Of a DNA stretch of 64,000 nucleotides, positions 40,394-50,577 are shown piece by piece. The notes under the pieces were generated by a model. It made no database searches. It was not told where the DNA came from and was given only the letters and a program-made list of their open reading frames with translations. Origin of the DNA: Candidatus Peribacteria bacterium. GTDB lineage: Bacteria > Patescibacteriota > Gracilibacteria > Peribacterales > Peribacteraceae. The position numbers and the translations under genes were made by a program. How positions within the stretch are numbered: position 1 is the first letter of the stretch; each line of letters opens with the position of its first letter. The stretch is taken from the NCBI GenBank assembly GCA_041691135.1, contig JBEPVF010000004.1, positions 1 through 64,000 on the forward strand. The letters run 5' to 3'.

Positions 40394-41002
40394 TTACCAT
40401 CCTCGCCCATACCACGGGTCAATTCGTGTGCGCTCATACGTTTGCGCTGCCACAAAAGACGGCAGTACATCCGATAATGATTGTGATGCAGCCTCGATCA
40501 ATCCCAACTGATCAACAGCGGCACGATGCTCCGGGATCAACTCCCCAATCCATCGGTCCTTTGCAGTCGCATACTGACCGATTGTATCGAGAGAAATGCA
40601 CTGCGGCTCCGGGAGTGGCTGCGCATGCCGACCGAATCCTCGAATGAACAATTCATTCTTCTTCGTCGAATGAAACCATAGAACATCGTCGTCTGCTGAC
40701 TGTGCATGTTTTAAATCACTTGTGTGGATTCCTGCTGACGGAACATCGAGCGCATAACTGAGTGCGTTCGCGAAGGCAGCTGCCACGCGTAAGCTCGTGA
40801 ATCCACCCGGACCGACAACGCACGCAATACGGTCAATATTAGCCGGTTTCCATTCTGCTTCCTTCAATATTGATTCATAGAATTCGATCAACTCTCGGTC
40901 GGATGTTTTGGGATGAATTTCGCGCGATGAAACGACTGCATCATCGACCGTACAGGCAATGCAACCGTCATGACTTGCCAAATCCAGGAAGAGAGTACGC
41001 AT
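40394..41002 (-). CDS. tsaB: tRNA threonylcarbamoyladenosine biosynthesis protein TsaB
   Basis: [18 protein letters not shown] motif and a C-terminal PxY. Confidence 0.85.
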   Translation of the reverse strand: MRTLFLDLASHDGCIACTVDDAVVSSREIHPKTSDRELIEFYESILKEAEWKPANIDRIACVVGPGGFTSLRVAAAFANALSYALDVPSAGIHTSDLKHAQSADDDVLWFHSTKKNELFIRGFGRHAQPLPEPQCISLDTIGQYATAKDRWIGELIPEHRAAVDQLGLIEAASQSLSDVLPSFVAAQTYERTRIDPWYGRGW

Positions 41003-41026
41003 GGAACAGCACAATAACATGAAAGG

Positions 41027-41064
41027 GAAGGGAGGAGGCTACGACGTCGTAGCCTCCTCCCTTC
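41027..41064. repeat. Perfect 38-bp palindrome
   Basis: GAAGGGAGGAGGCTACGACGTCGTAGCCTCCTCCCTTC is its own reverse complement. Confidence 0.9.
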
Positions 41065-41454
41065 GGGGATGGTCGAATGGCGCATGCTTACCATTCGGCC
41101 CATTATCGCGGACACAGCAACGTGTCCTCACAAATGACGATACCCGATGTATAGGCGCCTTCACAAACAAGACCCCCGAAAAATCGGGGGCCGAGGTGCC
41201 AATCAACGGAAAAACAAAAGCGAGCCAACGAAGAGAATGATTGTCATAATCCAGACAATCGCCTCTCCCAGTCCCCATTTATCCCTGAGGAATGTATCGG
41301 AGATCCTCATTGCCCTCTCCTTCGTTTAAACAAGAATCAGACTGACTTAACTATAATACAATGAATTTAAATTAAAGCAATACACCAATTGCAGCTGCAT
41401 CAGCCGTTGTAACAATCAATATTCAATCCCCCGCATTCATCCTACTATCTCCCC

Positions 41455-42339
41455 ATGGCTCCCACACTTTCCATCGTCATTCCCACACACAAACGCGCTG
41501 CCATCTTGGAAAAGTGTCTGGAACATATTGAAGCACAAACGGTACGCGACAGCTTGGAAGTAATCGTAGTGAGCGACGGCCCGGACGAAAAGACACGTCA
41601 ACTGCTCGAACGAAAAATCGCCGAGACGCCGGATACATTCCCGGTAAAGGAATCTATGTACCGGTACATAGAGATTCCCAAATCACATCAGGGGGTGGCC
41701 CGCAATCGTGGTGTAGCTGACGCACGAGCATCCATCGTACTCTTCGCGCAGGATGACATCTTTCTGGCTCCCGATGCCTGTGCGCAGCATATGAGCAGTC
41801 ATGCACTTCTCAACAAAAAAACACCGGAGCCCGAAGCAGTGCTGGGATACACGACATGGGATCCTGACTTAATCATTACACCCCTGATGCAATGGCTGGA
41901 ACGTAGTGGTTGGCAGTTCGGCTACCCGCATATTGAGCCATTTGCTGGCTCCCACATCCCCGCCGATCTTCAACATCGTTACACCTACACCTGTCATTTG
42001 AGCCTGCCAACGAGTGTGGCAAAAGCGCATCCGTTCCTCGAAGACATTACGTTATACGGCTGGGAAGACATCGAATGGGGCATGCGTTTGGCACACGCCG
42101 GTGTGCGGCTGTTCTACCAAAAGAATGCGCGTGCATATCACCATCATCCGATGACAATGGAACAGTCGCTGAAACGCATGGAAACTCTTGGCAAGGCAGC
42201 GGTGATCATGGAAGAAAAGGTGCCGAATCTGTCGCTGACGCCAAAAGGCTGGAAGCGTTTGGCCTATCCGCTTATTGCACTCCTGCCAACGATGAAAGGA
42301 AAACATACGAAGGCTTTTTTGCGAGGAATGAGAGTGTGA
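41455..42339 (+). CDS. Glycosyltransferase family 2
   Basis: SIVIPTH, VVSDG, ARNRG, AQDD and YGWEDIEW; TACTAT, 6 nt, ATG. Confidence 0.92.
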   Translation: MAPTLSIVIPTHKRAAILEKCLEHIEAQTVRDSLEVIVVSDGPDEKTRQLLERKIAETPDTFPVKESMYRYIEIPKSHQGVARNRGVADARASIVLFAQDDIFLAPDACAQHMSSHALLNKKTPEPEAVLGYTTWDPDLIITPLMQWLERSGWQFGYPHIEPFAGSHIPADLQHRYTYTCHLSLPTSVAKAHPFLEDITLYGWEDIEWGMRLAHAGVRLFYQKNARAYHHHPMTMEQSLKRMETLGKAAVIMEEKVPNLSLTPKGWKRLAYPLIALLPTMKGKHTKAFLRGMRV

Positions 42340-42380
42340 GGACTCCGAGGAAACCGACGGCGCCGACGAGTCCGAGGACC
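42336..42380 (+). repeat. Nonamer tandem array (CCGAGGAAA type)
   Basis: GTGAGGACT CCGAGGAAA CCGACGGCG CCGACGAGT CCGAGGACC, starting at the GT2 stop codon. Confidence 0.65.
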
Positions 42381-42384
42381 CCCT

Positions 42385-42625
42385 TCACTACACCGAGGCG
42401 GCCTTACGCCGCCCAACCTCTTCGCACGTTCGCTACCCCAGGGAACAGCCCCTCCGCCTATGTGGTGGGGATGAGTGGGTACGAATGTCGATGGAGCAAG
42501 CCGTAGGCGCTCCATCGACATGAGGTGGGTCATAGGCGGTGCGCTTCTTTTTGGTTCTTTTTCTTGTCGCGGGGAGACAAGAAAAAGAACACCAGTGGTG
42601 ATTGGGAAGGTTGGTGCTATGGGAA
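42385..42625 (+). repeat. Structured intergenic repeat family 1, copy B
   Basis: Colinear with 19851-20090 over its whole length; includes the 81-bp identical block. Confidence 0.9.
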
Positions 42626-42866
42626 AGTCTCGGCCAAACCTGCCCTCCAGAAGAGCCCTTGCAGAGGACATATAGATATATTTTCGCACGGCTAGAGCTT
42701 AAATTTCTCAAGAGGAAACCTTGCATAAACCCCAATTTCGTGTACAATCCATTCGACGATAAGCGTATTCTGACTATTCCAAGAGATTGGAATGGTCCTT
42801 TCGCCCAGCAATAGCCGGAAATACAGGCCATCGTCACTTCATCATTGGTTTCTTCCCCTTCCTGTC

Positions 42867-44138
42867 ATGCGTGCATCATTCCTCGCCGCCATCAATCAAA
42901 TTTGTTCCGACAAGAATGTCAGTCCCGATCAGGTGATTGAAGCCGTCAAACAAGCTATCGCTACGGCATACCGCAAAGATTACGGTAATAAAGAACAGGA
43001 GATCCGTGTGGATTTCGAAGAAGGCAAAGACATGCCCACGATTTTGCTGGTGAAAGAAGTGGTAGAAGAAGTGGAGAACGACAACTTCGAAATCAGCGTG
43101 AAAGACGCACGCAAAGTGAAGCCCGACGTGGAAGTGGGTGACGAAATTGCGATTGATGTGACGCCGATCGAGTACGGCCGCATCGCCACACAGGCTGCTA
43201 AGCAAGTGATTCTGCAGAAATTGCAGGAAGCAGAGAAGCAGAGTTTGTACGAGATGTTCAAGGATCGCGAAGAGGAGTTACTCACCGCAACGGTGACGAA
43301 AGTGGATCCCAACTGGGTAACCCTCGAGATCGAAGGTATGACGGTATCGCTCCCGTGGCGCGAACAGATTCCCGGCGAGCACTACTACACCGGCAAGCGC
43401 CTGCGCGTGTACCTGGATACGGTGGAATTGACCGGCAAAGGACCGCAGCTGCGCATCTCGCGCACACATCCGAACTTGGTCCGCAAACTGTTGGAACTCG
43501 AAATTCCCGAAGTCCGTAACGGCGACGTGGAAATTAAAGGCATCGCCCGCGATGCCGGCTTCCGCAGCAAGGTGGCGGTAAAGAGCAACGATCCGCGCAT
43601 CGATCCGATTGGCGCCTGCGTGGGACAGAAAGGAGTACGTATTCAGGCAGTGATGGAAGAGATCAACGGCGAACGCGTCGACATGATCGAGTGGAGCGAT
43701 GATCCCATCAAACTCATCTCGCTTGCACTTCAACCGGCTGCCATCTCAGCCGTCATCATTGTGAACGATCAGGAGCGCATCGATGAACAAGGCCGTCGCA
43801 TCAAGAAACGCGCTGCTGTGTTCGTAGAAGAAGCGCAACGTCCGATGGCCATCGGTAAAAAGGGTCAGAATATCCGCCTGGCCACCGACCTGACCAGCTA
43901 TGAACTCGATATGTACAACTACGAGGAACTCCCGGCTTTCAAAGCCAAGTTGGCACAATTGCGTGGCGAAGAATCGAGTGATGTTTCGGCCCCAGTCACA
44001 ACAGACGAACAGCCAGCTCCAGTTGATGCCGAACCAGTCGGCGTACCACCGCCCGCCGAGAGCACCGGTAATGCTGAGACGAACACCGAAGCAGAAACAG
44101 TGGAACAGGCAACGGTACAGGAAGCGGAAGCTGCATAA
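42867..44138 (+). CDS. nusA: Transcription termination/antitermination factor NusA
   Basis: GRIATQAAKQVI, LEIPEV, ARDAGFRSKVAV, GACVGQKG and AIGKKGQNIRLA. Confidence 0.98.
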   Translation: MRASFLAAINQICSDKNVSPDQVIEAVKQAIATAYRKDYGNKEQEIRVDFEEGKDMPTILLVKEVVEEVENDNFEISVKDARKVKPDVEVGDEIAIDVTPIEYGRIATQAAKQVILQKLQEAEKQSLYEMFKDREEELLTATVTKVDPNWVTLEIEGMTVSLPWREQIPGEHYYTGKRLRVYLDTVELTGKGPQLRISRTHPNLVRKLLELEIPEVRNGDVEIKGIARDAGFRSKVAVKSNDPRIDPIGACVGQKGVRIQAVMEEINGERVDMIEWSDDPIKLISLALQPAAISAVIIVNDQERIDEQGRRIKKRAAVFVEEAQRPMAIGKKGQNIRLATDLTSYELDMYNYEELPAFKAKLAQLRGEESSDVSAPVTTDEQPAPVDAEPVGVPPPAESTGNAETNTEAETVEQATVQEAEAA

Positions 44139-44153
44139 ATCCAATGAACTCTC

Positions 44154-44184
44154 AAAACGTCCTTCTGCCGGAGGGACGTTTTTT
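44154..44184 (+). terminator. Intrinsic terminator after nusA
   Basis: AAAACGTCC...GGACGTTTTTT hairpin with a T tract. Confidence 0.75.
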
Positions 44185-44324
44185 AAATATTCTTCGGTCA
44201 CCTCTGTCATTTTAATTCTTAGAGTTGCCACGCGACAAAATGTGCATCGCTGCCAAGCGCAACTGTTTGGGAAAATAGCGAGAACAGCTTAACATTCATG
44301 CATCTATTTCTTGCTGTCCATCGT

Positions 44325-44840
44325 ATGAAGAAAGCAAATCAGTCCGCGTTTCAACTGCATATTTTTTCGCACCTCGGTCACGGGTTCACCCTCATCGAAC
44401 TCCTCCTGGTGATCGGCATCATCGCCATCCTCGCGAGTATCGTCATCGTCGCCATCAACCCCACCAAACAGTTGGGTGATGCACGCAACGCCCAGCGTCG
44501 TTCGGATGTGAACACCCTTTTGAATGCAATTTATCAATACGAAATCGACCGCAGCGGCGCCCTGCCGAATGCCAACATCCCGACGACCGCAGCGACAGCG
44601 AAGACCATCTGTCAGTCGACGACGGATGATGCCACCTGCGCCGGTGTGTCCATTGGCGGCATCACGCTCCGCTCTCTCACTGGTACATACATTGTGTCTG
44701 TCCCGAAGGACCCGTCCCTCACGTCCGCCCAGACAGCCACCGGCACTCGCTACAGCATCTGGCGCGATCCGGTGAACAGCCGTCTGACGATCACCGCAAC
44801 GACAACGGATCGTGCCGTACCAATCAGCGCATCACGGTAG
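44325..44840 (+). CDS. Type IV pilin (copy 1, outside the pil cluster)
   Basis: G|FTLIELLLVIGIIAILASIVIVAINP prepilin motif; near-duplicate of 53097-53591. Confidence 0.92.
   Translation: MKKANQSAFQLHIFSHLGHGFTLIELLLVIGIIAILASIVIVAINPTKQLGDARNAQRRSDVNTLLNAIYQYEIDRSGALPNANIPTTAATAKTICQSTTDDATCAGVSIGGITLRSLTGTYIVSVPKDPSLTSAQTATGTRYSIWRDPVNSRLTITATTTDRAVPISASR
44555..44782 (+). repeat. 228-bp perfect inverted repeat, left arm (pilin globular domain)
   Basis: Identical to the reverse complement of 53155-53382 on manual alignment. Confidence 0.92.
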
Positions 44841-44902
44841 ACGAAGATTAATTAGTCAGCTGCCTATCATCTTGTAGGATGACCATTGACAATGGATCAT
44901 GA

Positions 44903-45550
44903 ATGCCTTTTGATAAACATACTATGAGCGACTTGGACCGCGAATTGGATTCAGCCAAAAGAATCGCTGAACAGCTGACAGCTGCTTGTATTATTGCAGC
45001 AAAAGATGAGAAATCTGAGAGAGCAAAACATACTGCTGACGCACTGGCGACGCTCACACACTCCATTCGTTCTGCAGTGGAAGTGGCAACCGCAGCATTG
45101 CAATATACCGAACAAAGACAAAATCCACGGCCAATTCCATCCAGCCTTACTTTCTCTGATCGATCTTCCCTTTTTCAGCAGATTGTAAATGACATCGAAA
45201 TCAGAAGAGAGAATATGGGCAGAGATAAAAGTCTGGATACAAAAGCAAAGATATACAAACTGCTGGAATATATCGTCAATCATATGAGCCCGGATGGGTA
45301 CATCTCACGAGAGGCAATTACGATATTTTTGGCAGGTTACGAACTGGAAGACACAGATAAGGCTACCACCGCAACCATGAGTAATTTCAAGAATCAGTAC
45401 TTTGTTAATACACCGTATAGATTCGAACCACATAGAGAAGATACAACGGAAAAGGGCCGTATCGTTGGCTATTGGTTGCGACGCGAAGGCAAACCAGTAC
45501 AGCTCACAACCGAACAAAATGCCGCCGACGAGCCAGAGAAGTCTTCGTGA
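44903..45550 (+). CDS. AT-rich hypothetical protein (coiled-coil N-terminus, possibly a DNA-binding C-terminus)
   Basis: 215-aa ORF with atypical AGA/ATA-rich codon usage directly after pilin copy 1. Confidence 0.6.
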   Translation: MPFDKHTMSDLDRELDSAKRIAEQLTAACIIAAKDEKSERAKHTADALATLTHSIRSAVEVATAALQYTEQRQNPRPIPSSLTFSDRSSLFQQIVNDIEIRRENMGRDKSLDTKAKIYKLLEYIVNHMSPDGYISREAITIFLAGYELEDTDKATTATMSNFKNQYFVNTPYRFEPHREDTTEKGRIVGYWLRREGKPVQLTTEQNAADEPEKSS

Positions 45551-45584
45551 CGCCCCTATACAAATCACCTACCCTCACAATCAC

Positions 45585-47918
45585 ATGAAGCTTCCCTCCT
45601 TCCCCCTCGTCGTCCTCGATACCGAAACGACAGGATTTGTGCCGCGTGTGCATAAAGTGATTGAATTTGCCTCAATGCGGCTCGAGAAAGGCAAAGTGGT
45701 CGATGAATACGAAGAGCTGCTGTACGCCAAAGAAGTACCAGCGGTGGTGGAAGTGCTCACGCGCATCAAGACCGCAGATGTCGTAGGGAAACCCCCGTTC
45801 GAGGAGCGCCGCGAACGCATCATCGAAGCAATCGGCCCGGACACGCTCATTGTGGGACAGAACGTCGGCTTCGATATTGGCATGCTCAAAGGCGAAGGAA
45901 TTGATCTGAGCGATCGCCCATGGATCGACACCTCGATGCTCGCATCGCTCGTGTTTCCGGAACTCGAGAGTTACTCACTGGGATATTTGAGTTCCGTTTT
46001 AAAGTTGGATCACCATCCCGTGCACCGTGCACTGGGTGATGTGCGTGCCACGCTCGAATTGCTCGCCAAATGCTGGGGGCGGTTGCTCGAGTTACCGGAG
46101 GATCTTCTCACCCAAGCGAAGAGCATCATGATGCAGTCCACGCCAGGCTATCGCGCACTCTTTGACGCACTGCCTCCTGCGACGCACAAAAAACGTCCAG
46201 TGTGGCTTGATGAATGGAAGCAAACGACACGTCACGATGCGGCTACGCTGCATATGACGATTGATATTTCGCCGGCCAACGACGGAACCATCACGCTGCT
46301 GGAGGAACCGCTCGATCCGACATTTTTGAAGCAGGCAATGCATCACATGGGTGAACAAAAAGGAACGACCCACTGGCTCGCCGTCAAAAATATCGAGGCC
46401 GCGGCCAGCCGTCTGCACGGAGTGGATGACGCCATACTGCGCACGGTCTACCCACCTTTCCTCCTTCTCGACCCGACTGCCGCCGAACACCTGCTCTCAC
46501 AAGAAAATTTTACCGCCGACGAAGCGACATTGGCCGTCAAGCTCCACTGGTATCAGCCGCGACTGCGCGCTGATTTTCCGCTCCATGGCGGCGAAGAAGC
46601 GGTATGGAACGGCAAGGTGACGTGCACGGCGGATTCCTCTGAGTATCTGGATCAGTTTACAAATCCTCCGCCCATTCTGCTGCTTGATCATCGTCAACTG
46701 CTGCGCATCGTTGCGGATACCGATCGCTCGGCATCACTTGCCAAGCCCGAGACGCTGCATATTTTGATCGACGATGCATCAATGCTGGAAGACACTGCTA
46801 CCCGTGCATTTGGTTGGCTGTGCGCCATCGACGATATCCGCGCGGCGGCCGAAGGAAATCCTGTTCTGACCAAGTTCCTCGATGTCTTGCAGCTGTGGAT
46901 CGAGAAAGTGCGCACAGGCCATGATTTGCATTACCTGACCGAACAGAATCTCGGCAGCCCCGATGCACGCGGCCTACGTGAACAACTCGCATCAATCATC
47001 GCCGAACAATCGTTCTCGCCACAGATCCATCAGCACCTCGATTGTCTGGCAAAAGTCCTGGACCCGCACAATCTGCACGGACGCATCGTGTGGATCGAAT
47101 TACGCCAGAATGGCAGTCAGTTGCTCCATGCCGCACCCGAACACGTCGGAGCGATGCTCAAGACGGCGCTATTCGACATCTATCGCACGACTCTGCTGAT
47201 TCCTTCGAATCTGGCAGACACGCTGCAGGAAGTCCTGCCACCGGCAGCCAAAACCACCATCCGCACGCCAATCTCCAAAACACCCTGCCTGTTAGATATT
47301 TCGTTCGTTGCCGAACCTCCACTCGACGCACTCCTCACCGAACCACCCAGTGGAAAAACCATCATCCTTCTCTCCTCCAAAGGCACTATCGAAAATTTGT
47401 ACGTAAAATACGCCGAAGAGCTGGAAGAACGTGGCATTACGCTTATCTGCCAGGGTGTCAGTGGCGGCCAGGGGCGCATGCAGGCCGAGTTCATCGCCGC
47501 GCACACGCCGGCAATCTGGTTGCTCACTCCGTGGACATTCGAAGGCATTGAACTTCCGCCGCACTCCGTCGAACACCTGGTTCTGCACACACTCCCATTC
47601 GATCATCCATCGCATCCCGTGCTGAGCAAGCGTGCGCAGCGCTACAAGAACTCTTTCACTGATTACATGCTTCCACGGCTCACGCAGCGTTTGTTTCGCC
47701 TGTTGCGCGCCTATTGCCGCATGCGGACTGCCGATGGCGACGTGCGTATTCTGGACGAACGACTGCACAGCAAAGCGTATGGCAAGACACTCAAGAAATA
47801 TCTGAGCTCGTTCACAGCGACAGGAGCGACCGAAGAGAATCAAACCATTCAAGGGACTCAAAAGAGTCACGAGAAAAAGACAGGCAAGAAAGATGCAGAT
47901 CAGTTGAAACTATTTTGA
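45585..47918 (+). CDS. DEDDh 3'-5' exonuclease fused to a degenerate DinG-like helicase
   Basis: LDTETTG, NVGFD and HRALGD are intact; DinG-like FEGIELP, LPFDHP and ILDERL are present, but Walker A and DEAH are degenerate. Confidence 0.85.
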   Translation: MKLPSFPLVVLDTETTGFVPRVHKVIEFASMRLEKGKVVDEYEELLYAKEVPAVVEVLTRIKTADVVGKPPFEERRERIIEAIGPDTLIVGQNVGFDIGMLKGEGIDLSDRPWIDTSMLASLVFPELESYSLGYLSSVLKLDHHPVHRALGDVRATLELLAKCWGRLLELPEDLLTQAKSIMMQSTPGYRALFDALPPATHKKRPVWLDEWKQTTRHDAATLHMTIDISPANDGTITLLEEPLDPTFLKQAMHHMGEQKGTTHWLAVKNIEAAASRLHGVDDAILRTVYPPFLLLDPTAAEHLLSQENFTADEATLAVKLHWYQPRLRADFPLHGGEEAVWNGKVTCTADSSEYLDQFTNPPPILLLDHRQLLRIVADTDRSASLAKPETLHILIDDASMLEDTATRAFGWLCAIDDIRAAAEGNPVLTKFLDVLQLWIEKVRTGHDLHYLTEQNLGSPDARGLREQLASIIAEQSFSPQIHQHLDCLAKVLDPHNLHGRIVWIELRQNGSQLLHAAPEHVGAMLKTALFDIYRTTLLIPSNLADTLQEVLPPAAKTTIRTPISKTPCLLDISFVAEPPLDALLTEPPSGKTIILLSSKGTIENLYVKYAEELEERGITLICQGVSGGQGRMQAEFIAAHTPAIWLLTPWTFEGIELPPHSVEHLVLHTLPFDHPSHPVLSKRAQRYKNSFTDYMLPRLTQRLFRLLRAYCRMRTADGDVRILDERLHSKAYGKTLKKYLSSFTATGATEENQTIQGTQKSHEKKTGKKDADQLKLF

Positions 47919-47940
47919 ACTCCCACTTCAAACCTATTCC

Positions 47941-49335
47941 CTAGTCTGCCCCCTGTCTTCCGATCACCACGAACAACGTCCGCCACAACACCCACAAATC
48001 CAATGGAATCGACCACTCTTCGATGTACTGCAGGTCCAACCGCACTTCGTCTTCGAACTTCAGGTCTGATCGTCCTGCTACTTGAGCGAGCCCGGTAATG
48101 CCGGGTTTGACGGCAAATACCCGGCGCTGCTCCTGGCGATAATATTGCACTTCTTCCAGCAGATGCGGCCGCGGGCCGACCAGCGACATCTGTCCTACGA
48201 GAACATTGAAAAGTTGCGGTAACTCGTCGAGCGACCAGCGTCGCAGCACGCGACCTACGCGCGTCACACGCGGATCGTTCTTAATTTTGAACAACGGCCC
48301 GTCCCGCCGATGGTTGAGCTGTGTCAGTTCTTCTTTGCGTATATCCGCATCGCGCACCATCGACCGGAACTTAATCACACGAACCATACTGCGGCCGTAC
48401 TGGCCCACCCGGCGCGATTGATAGAAGATCGGCCAGCCACTATCGATCAGAATGAAGATGGAAATGAGAAGCAGTACCGGCGATAAAATAACCAGCAGAA
48501 GAGCGCTCATACACAAATCGAACGTCCGTTTAAGAATACGTCCCCATCCATCCAGCGGCGTCGGCCGGAACCGCATGAGCGGCAGGAGTCCGAGCCGATC
48601 CACCTCGAGCATATGCGGCACATCAGCCAGTACCGGTGGCAAAAAACCATAACCGATATGATGATTGCGGCAGTATTCGATGAGCGCAATCGTGCCGTCA
48701 CTCTGCGGTGTGGGATCCGTTTGCAGAACCAGATCCAGTTCACGCTGCAGCGCCATGCGTTGCAATCCGGCCAGATCACTCACGTGCCCCAGATACGCAT
48801 AATGATAATCCATCGTGAGCGTCTCGCGGGCCAGGCCCTGCAGCGGTTTCGCTCCCACCGAGAGAACCGTGACGCGCCCGATGCCCAGCGTGAGCAGGGA
48901 ACGTTGCAGAAGTAACAGTGACGCGCGGGCCAGACCGACGAAGAGAATGATGAACACCGTGCCGTGCATGAGCAGGACACGCGAGAAAAAGAGCTGTTTG
49001 AGCACCAGGAAGTACCATGCAATCACCAGCCCCACCCAGAACAGCGCCGCCACCATGATGCGCCCGGCCTCGGCCCACGCGCCGAATGTCGTGCGCAGTG
49101 TGTAGAGCCCAAGAAAAGCGGACAAGATGAGATACGTCAGCATTCCTGGAATGACAAACGTCGACAGATAATAGCTGATCGGCGGAAGCGAGTGAGCCGG
49201 ATCGAGCAACTGGATGCCGGGCACCAAATCGACATTGGCCTCGCGCAACCGATAGCTGAGCAGGAGCGATGCGGCCACCGCCAACGCATCCACGGGCAAC
49301 CGGACCACCCCGAAGACTGCTTCGGATTTCTTCAT
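47941..49335 (-). CDS. Polyprenyl-phosphate sugar phosphotransferase (WcaJ/WbaP family)
   Basis: KRTFD, KFRSM, DPRVT.VG, SLDELPQL.NVL.GQMSLVGPRP and KPGITG.AQV. Confidence 0.95.
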   Translation of the reverse strand: MKKSEAVFGVVRLPVDALAVAASLLLSYRLREANVDLVPGIQLLDPAHSLPPISYYLSTFVIPGMLTYLILSAFLGLYTLRTTFGAWAEAGRIMVAALFWVGLVIAWYFLVLKQLFFSRVLLMHGTVFIILFVGLARASLLLLQRSLLTLGIGRVTVLSVGAKPLQGLARETLTMDYHYAYLGHVSDLAGLQRMALQRELDLVLQTDPTPQSDGTIALIEYCRNHHIGYGFLPPVLADVPHMLEVDRLGLLPLMRFRPTPLDGWGRILKRTFDLCMSALLLVILSPVLLLISIFILIDSGWPIFYQSRRVGQYGRSMVRVIKFRSMVRDADIRKEELTQLNHRRDGPLFKIKNDPRVTRVGRVLRRWSLDELPQLFNVLVGQMSLVGPRPHLLEEVQYYRQEQRRVFAVKPGITGLAQVAGRSDLKFEDEVRLDLQYIEEWSIPLDLWVLWRTLFVVIGRQGAD

Positions 49336-49408
49336 GCGGGTAGTGTACTACGGGAAATGGCGAAAGACCGCATGGGAATGGCAATTGACCGGCTGTCGCC
49401 AAAAATTC

Positions 49409-49777
49409 CTACAGATACTCCATTACTTTATCCGCCACCTCCTCAATTCCCATCAAATTCTTGATCAAATACTCTTTAACGCCCGCTTCCATACACCGCG
49501 CACGGAATTCGTCATTCTGGTAGTGCGTAAGAACGAGAACTGGAAATTCATATTTTTGGACGCGCAAATGCTCAAGAACACCAAAGCCATCCTCTTTCGG
49601 CATGCGCAGATCGAGAACCATGATGTGCGGCTGTTCACGATCGATGATCTGCATTGCATCTTGGCCGTCTTCCGCAATCAGCAATTCGACATTGTCGTGA
49701 TTTCTCCGCTCAAATTCAAATGCCAGTAACTTCTGGAACACGATGTCGTCATCAGCAATCAGGATGCGTTTGCGCAT
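49409..49777 (-). CDS. Single-domain response regulator
   Basis: ILIADDD, VLDLRMPKEDG, VLT and YLIK receiver motifs. Confidence 0.9.
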   Translation of the reverse strand: MRKRILIADDDIVFQKLLAFEFERRNHDNVELLIAEDGQDAMQIIDREQPHIMVLDLRMPKEDGFGVLEHLRVQKYEFPVLVLTHYQNDEFRARCMEAGVKEYLIKNLMGIEEVADKVMEYL

Positions 49778-49868
49778 AAATGAACGGGGACAGGTAAGCC
49801 TCCAGTATAGCAAAAATAGGAGAATGCTCAACCACGTACTGTGGTGACTGCACCACAGACGCTTTACA

Positions 49869-49943
49869 TGGAGCCGCTTCGGGGACTTGAACCCCGGACC
49901 CACCGCTTACAAGGCGGTTGCTCTACCACTGAGCTAAAGCGGC
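49869..49943 (-). tRNA. tRNA-Thr(TGT)
   Basis: GCCGCTTTAGCTCAGTGGTAGAGC-A-ACCGC-CTTGTAA-GCGGT...GGTTCAAGTCC...AAGCGGC-TCCA cloverleaf with encoded CCA. Confidence 0.97.
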
Positions 49944-50138
49944 ATAAGACCTATTTACTATGCTCTGCCACTGTCTGTCCACCGGAGCCAAGCGGCGAAG
50001 GTGGAAGCTAAAGCGGCAGACGGTATGTCTGCTATCAATTCTGACTGAAGTATCAATTATCGATTCTCAATTATCAATTCAAAAGCCCTCAAGTCCTCAT
50101 ATTGCTTGATAGCATTACAATTCGGCCTATACTCCCTT

Positions 50139-50533
50139 TCCTGCTCTTTCGATGATCGCCCTTTAGCGACGCTTGCGTCTGCTACGGGGAGGAACGTCCG
50201 GGCACTACTGGAACGCCCTATGGGTAACACCCATCCACGTGTCATATATCAAGTAAAGGCGCGTGAGGACCAGTGCCACAGAGACGAGTCCCTTCAGTGG
50301 GAAGTGAAACGCCTCGGAGTACCGAGGATTGCGGCTTGCCGCGATAGGTAAACTCTGGGTAGTGCAAGGAGGAATTGGGCGGAAGGACCCGATGATGGTT
50401 CCGTCATCCCGTCCGCGCCTCCGCATTGAGGTGATGAGCAATCATTGCCCCAGAGAGATGATCATCCATCATGCAGAACACGCTGACGCGTGAACTACGT
50501 GACCGACAGAACCCGGCGTATGAAAGGGCAGGA
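50139..50533 (+). ncRNA. rnpB: RNase P RNA
   Basis: GAGGAACGTCCGGGC, AGTGCCACAGA, GTGAAAC, GGTAAAC, GCAAG and ACAGAACCCGGCGTA; closing P1 TCCTGCTCTTTC/GAAAGGGCAGGA; TATACT just upstream. Confidence 0.95.
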
Positions 50534-50577
50534 CAAAGAACAGGAATACGATTTCCTGTTTTTTAGTACCTTCAAAT

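Noticed and set aside
3205-42625. CRISPR array or integron attC array as an explanation of the dispersed repeats
   Set aside because: Copies are kilobases apart, with no regular repeat-spacer periodicity, no cas genes or integrase, and no RYYYAAC/GTTRRRY ends.
49869-49943. Prophage or island integrated at tRNA-Thr
   Set aside because: No integrase, no duplication of the tRNA 3' end and no phage genes nearby.
50057-50441. ORFs at 50057-50441 and the N-terminal extension of the 49409-49903 ORF
   Set aside because: They overlap RNase P RNA and tRNA-Thr respectively.
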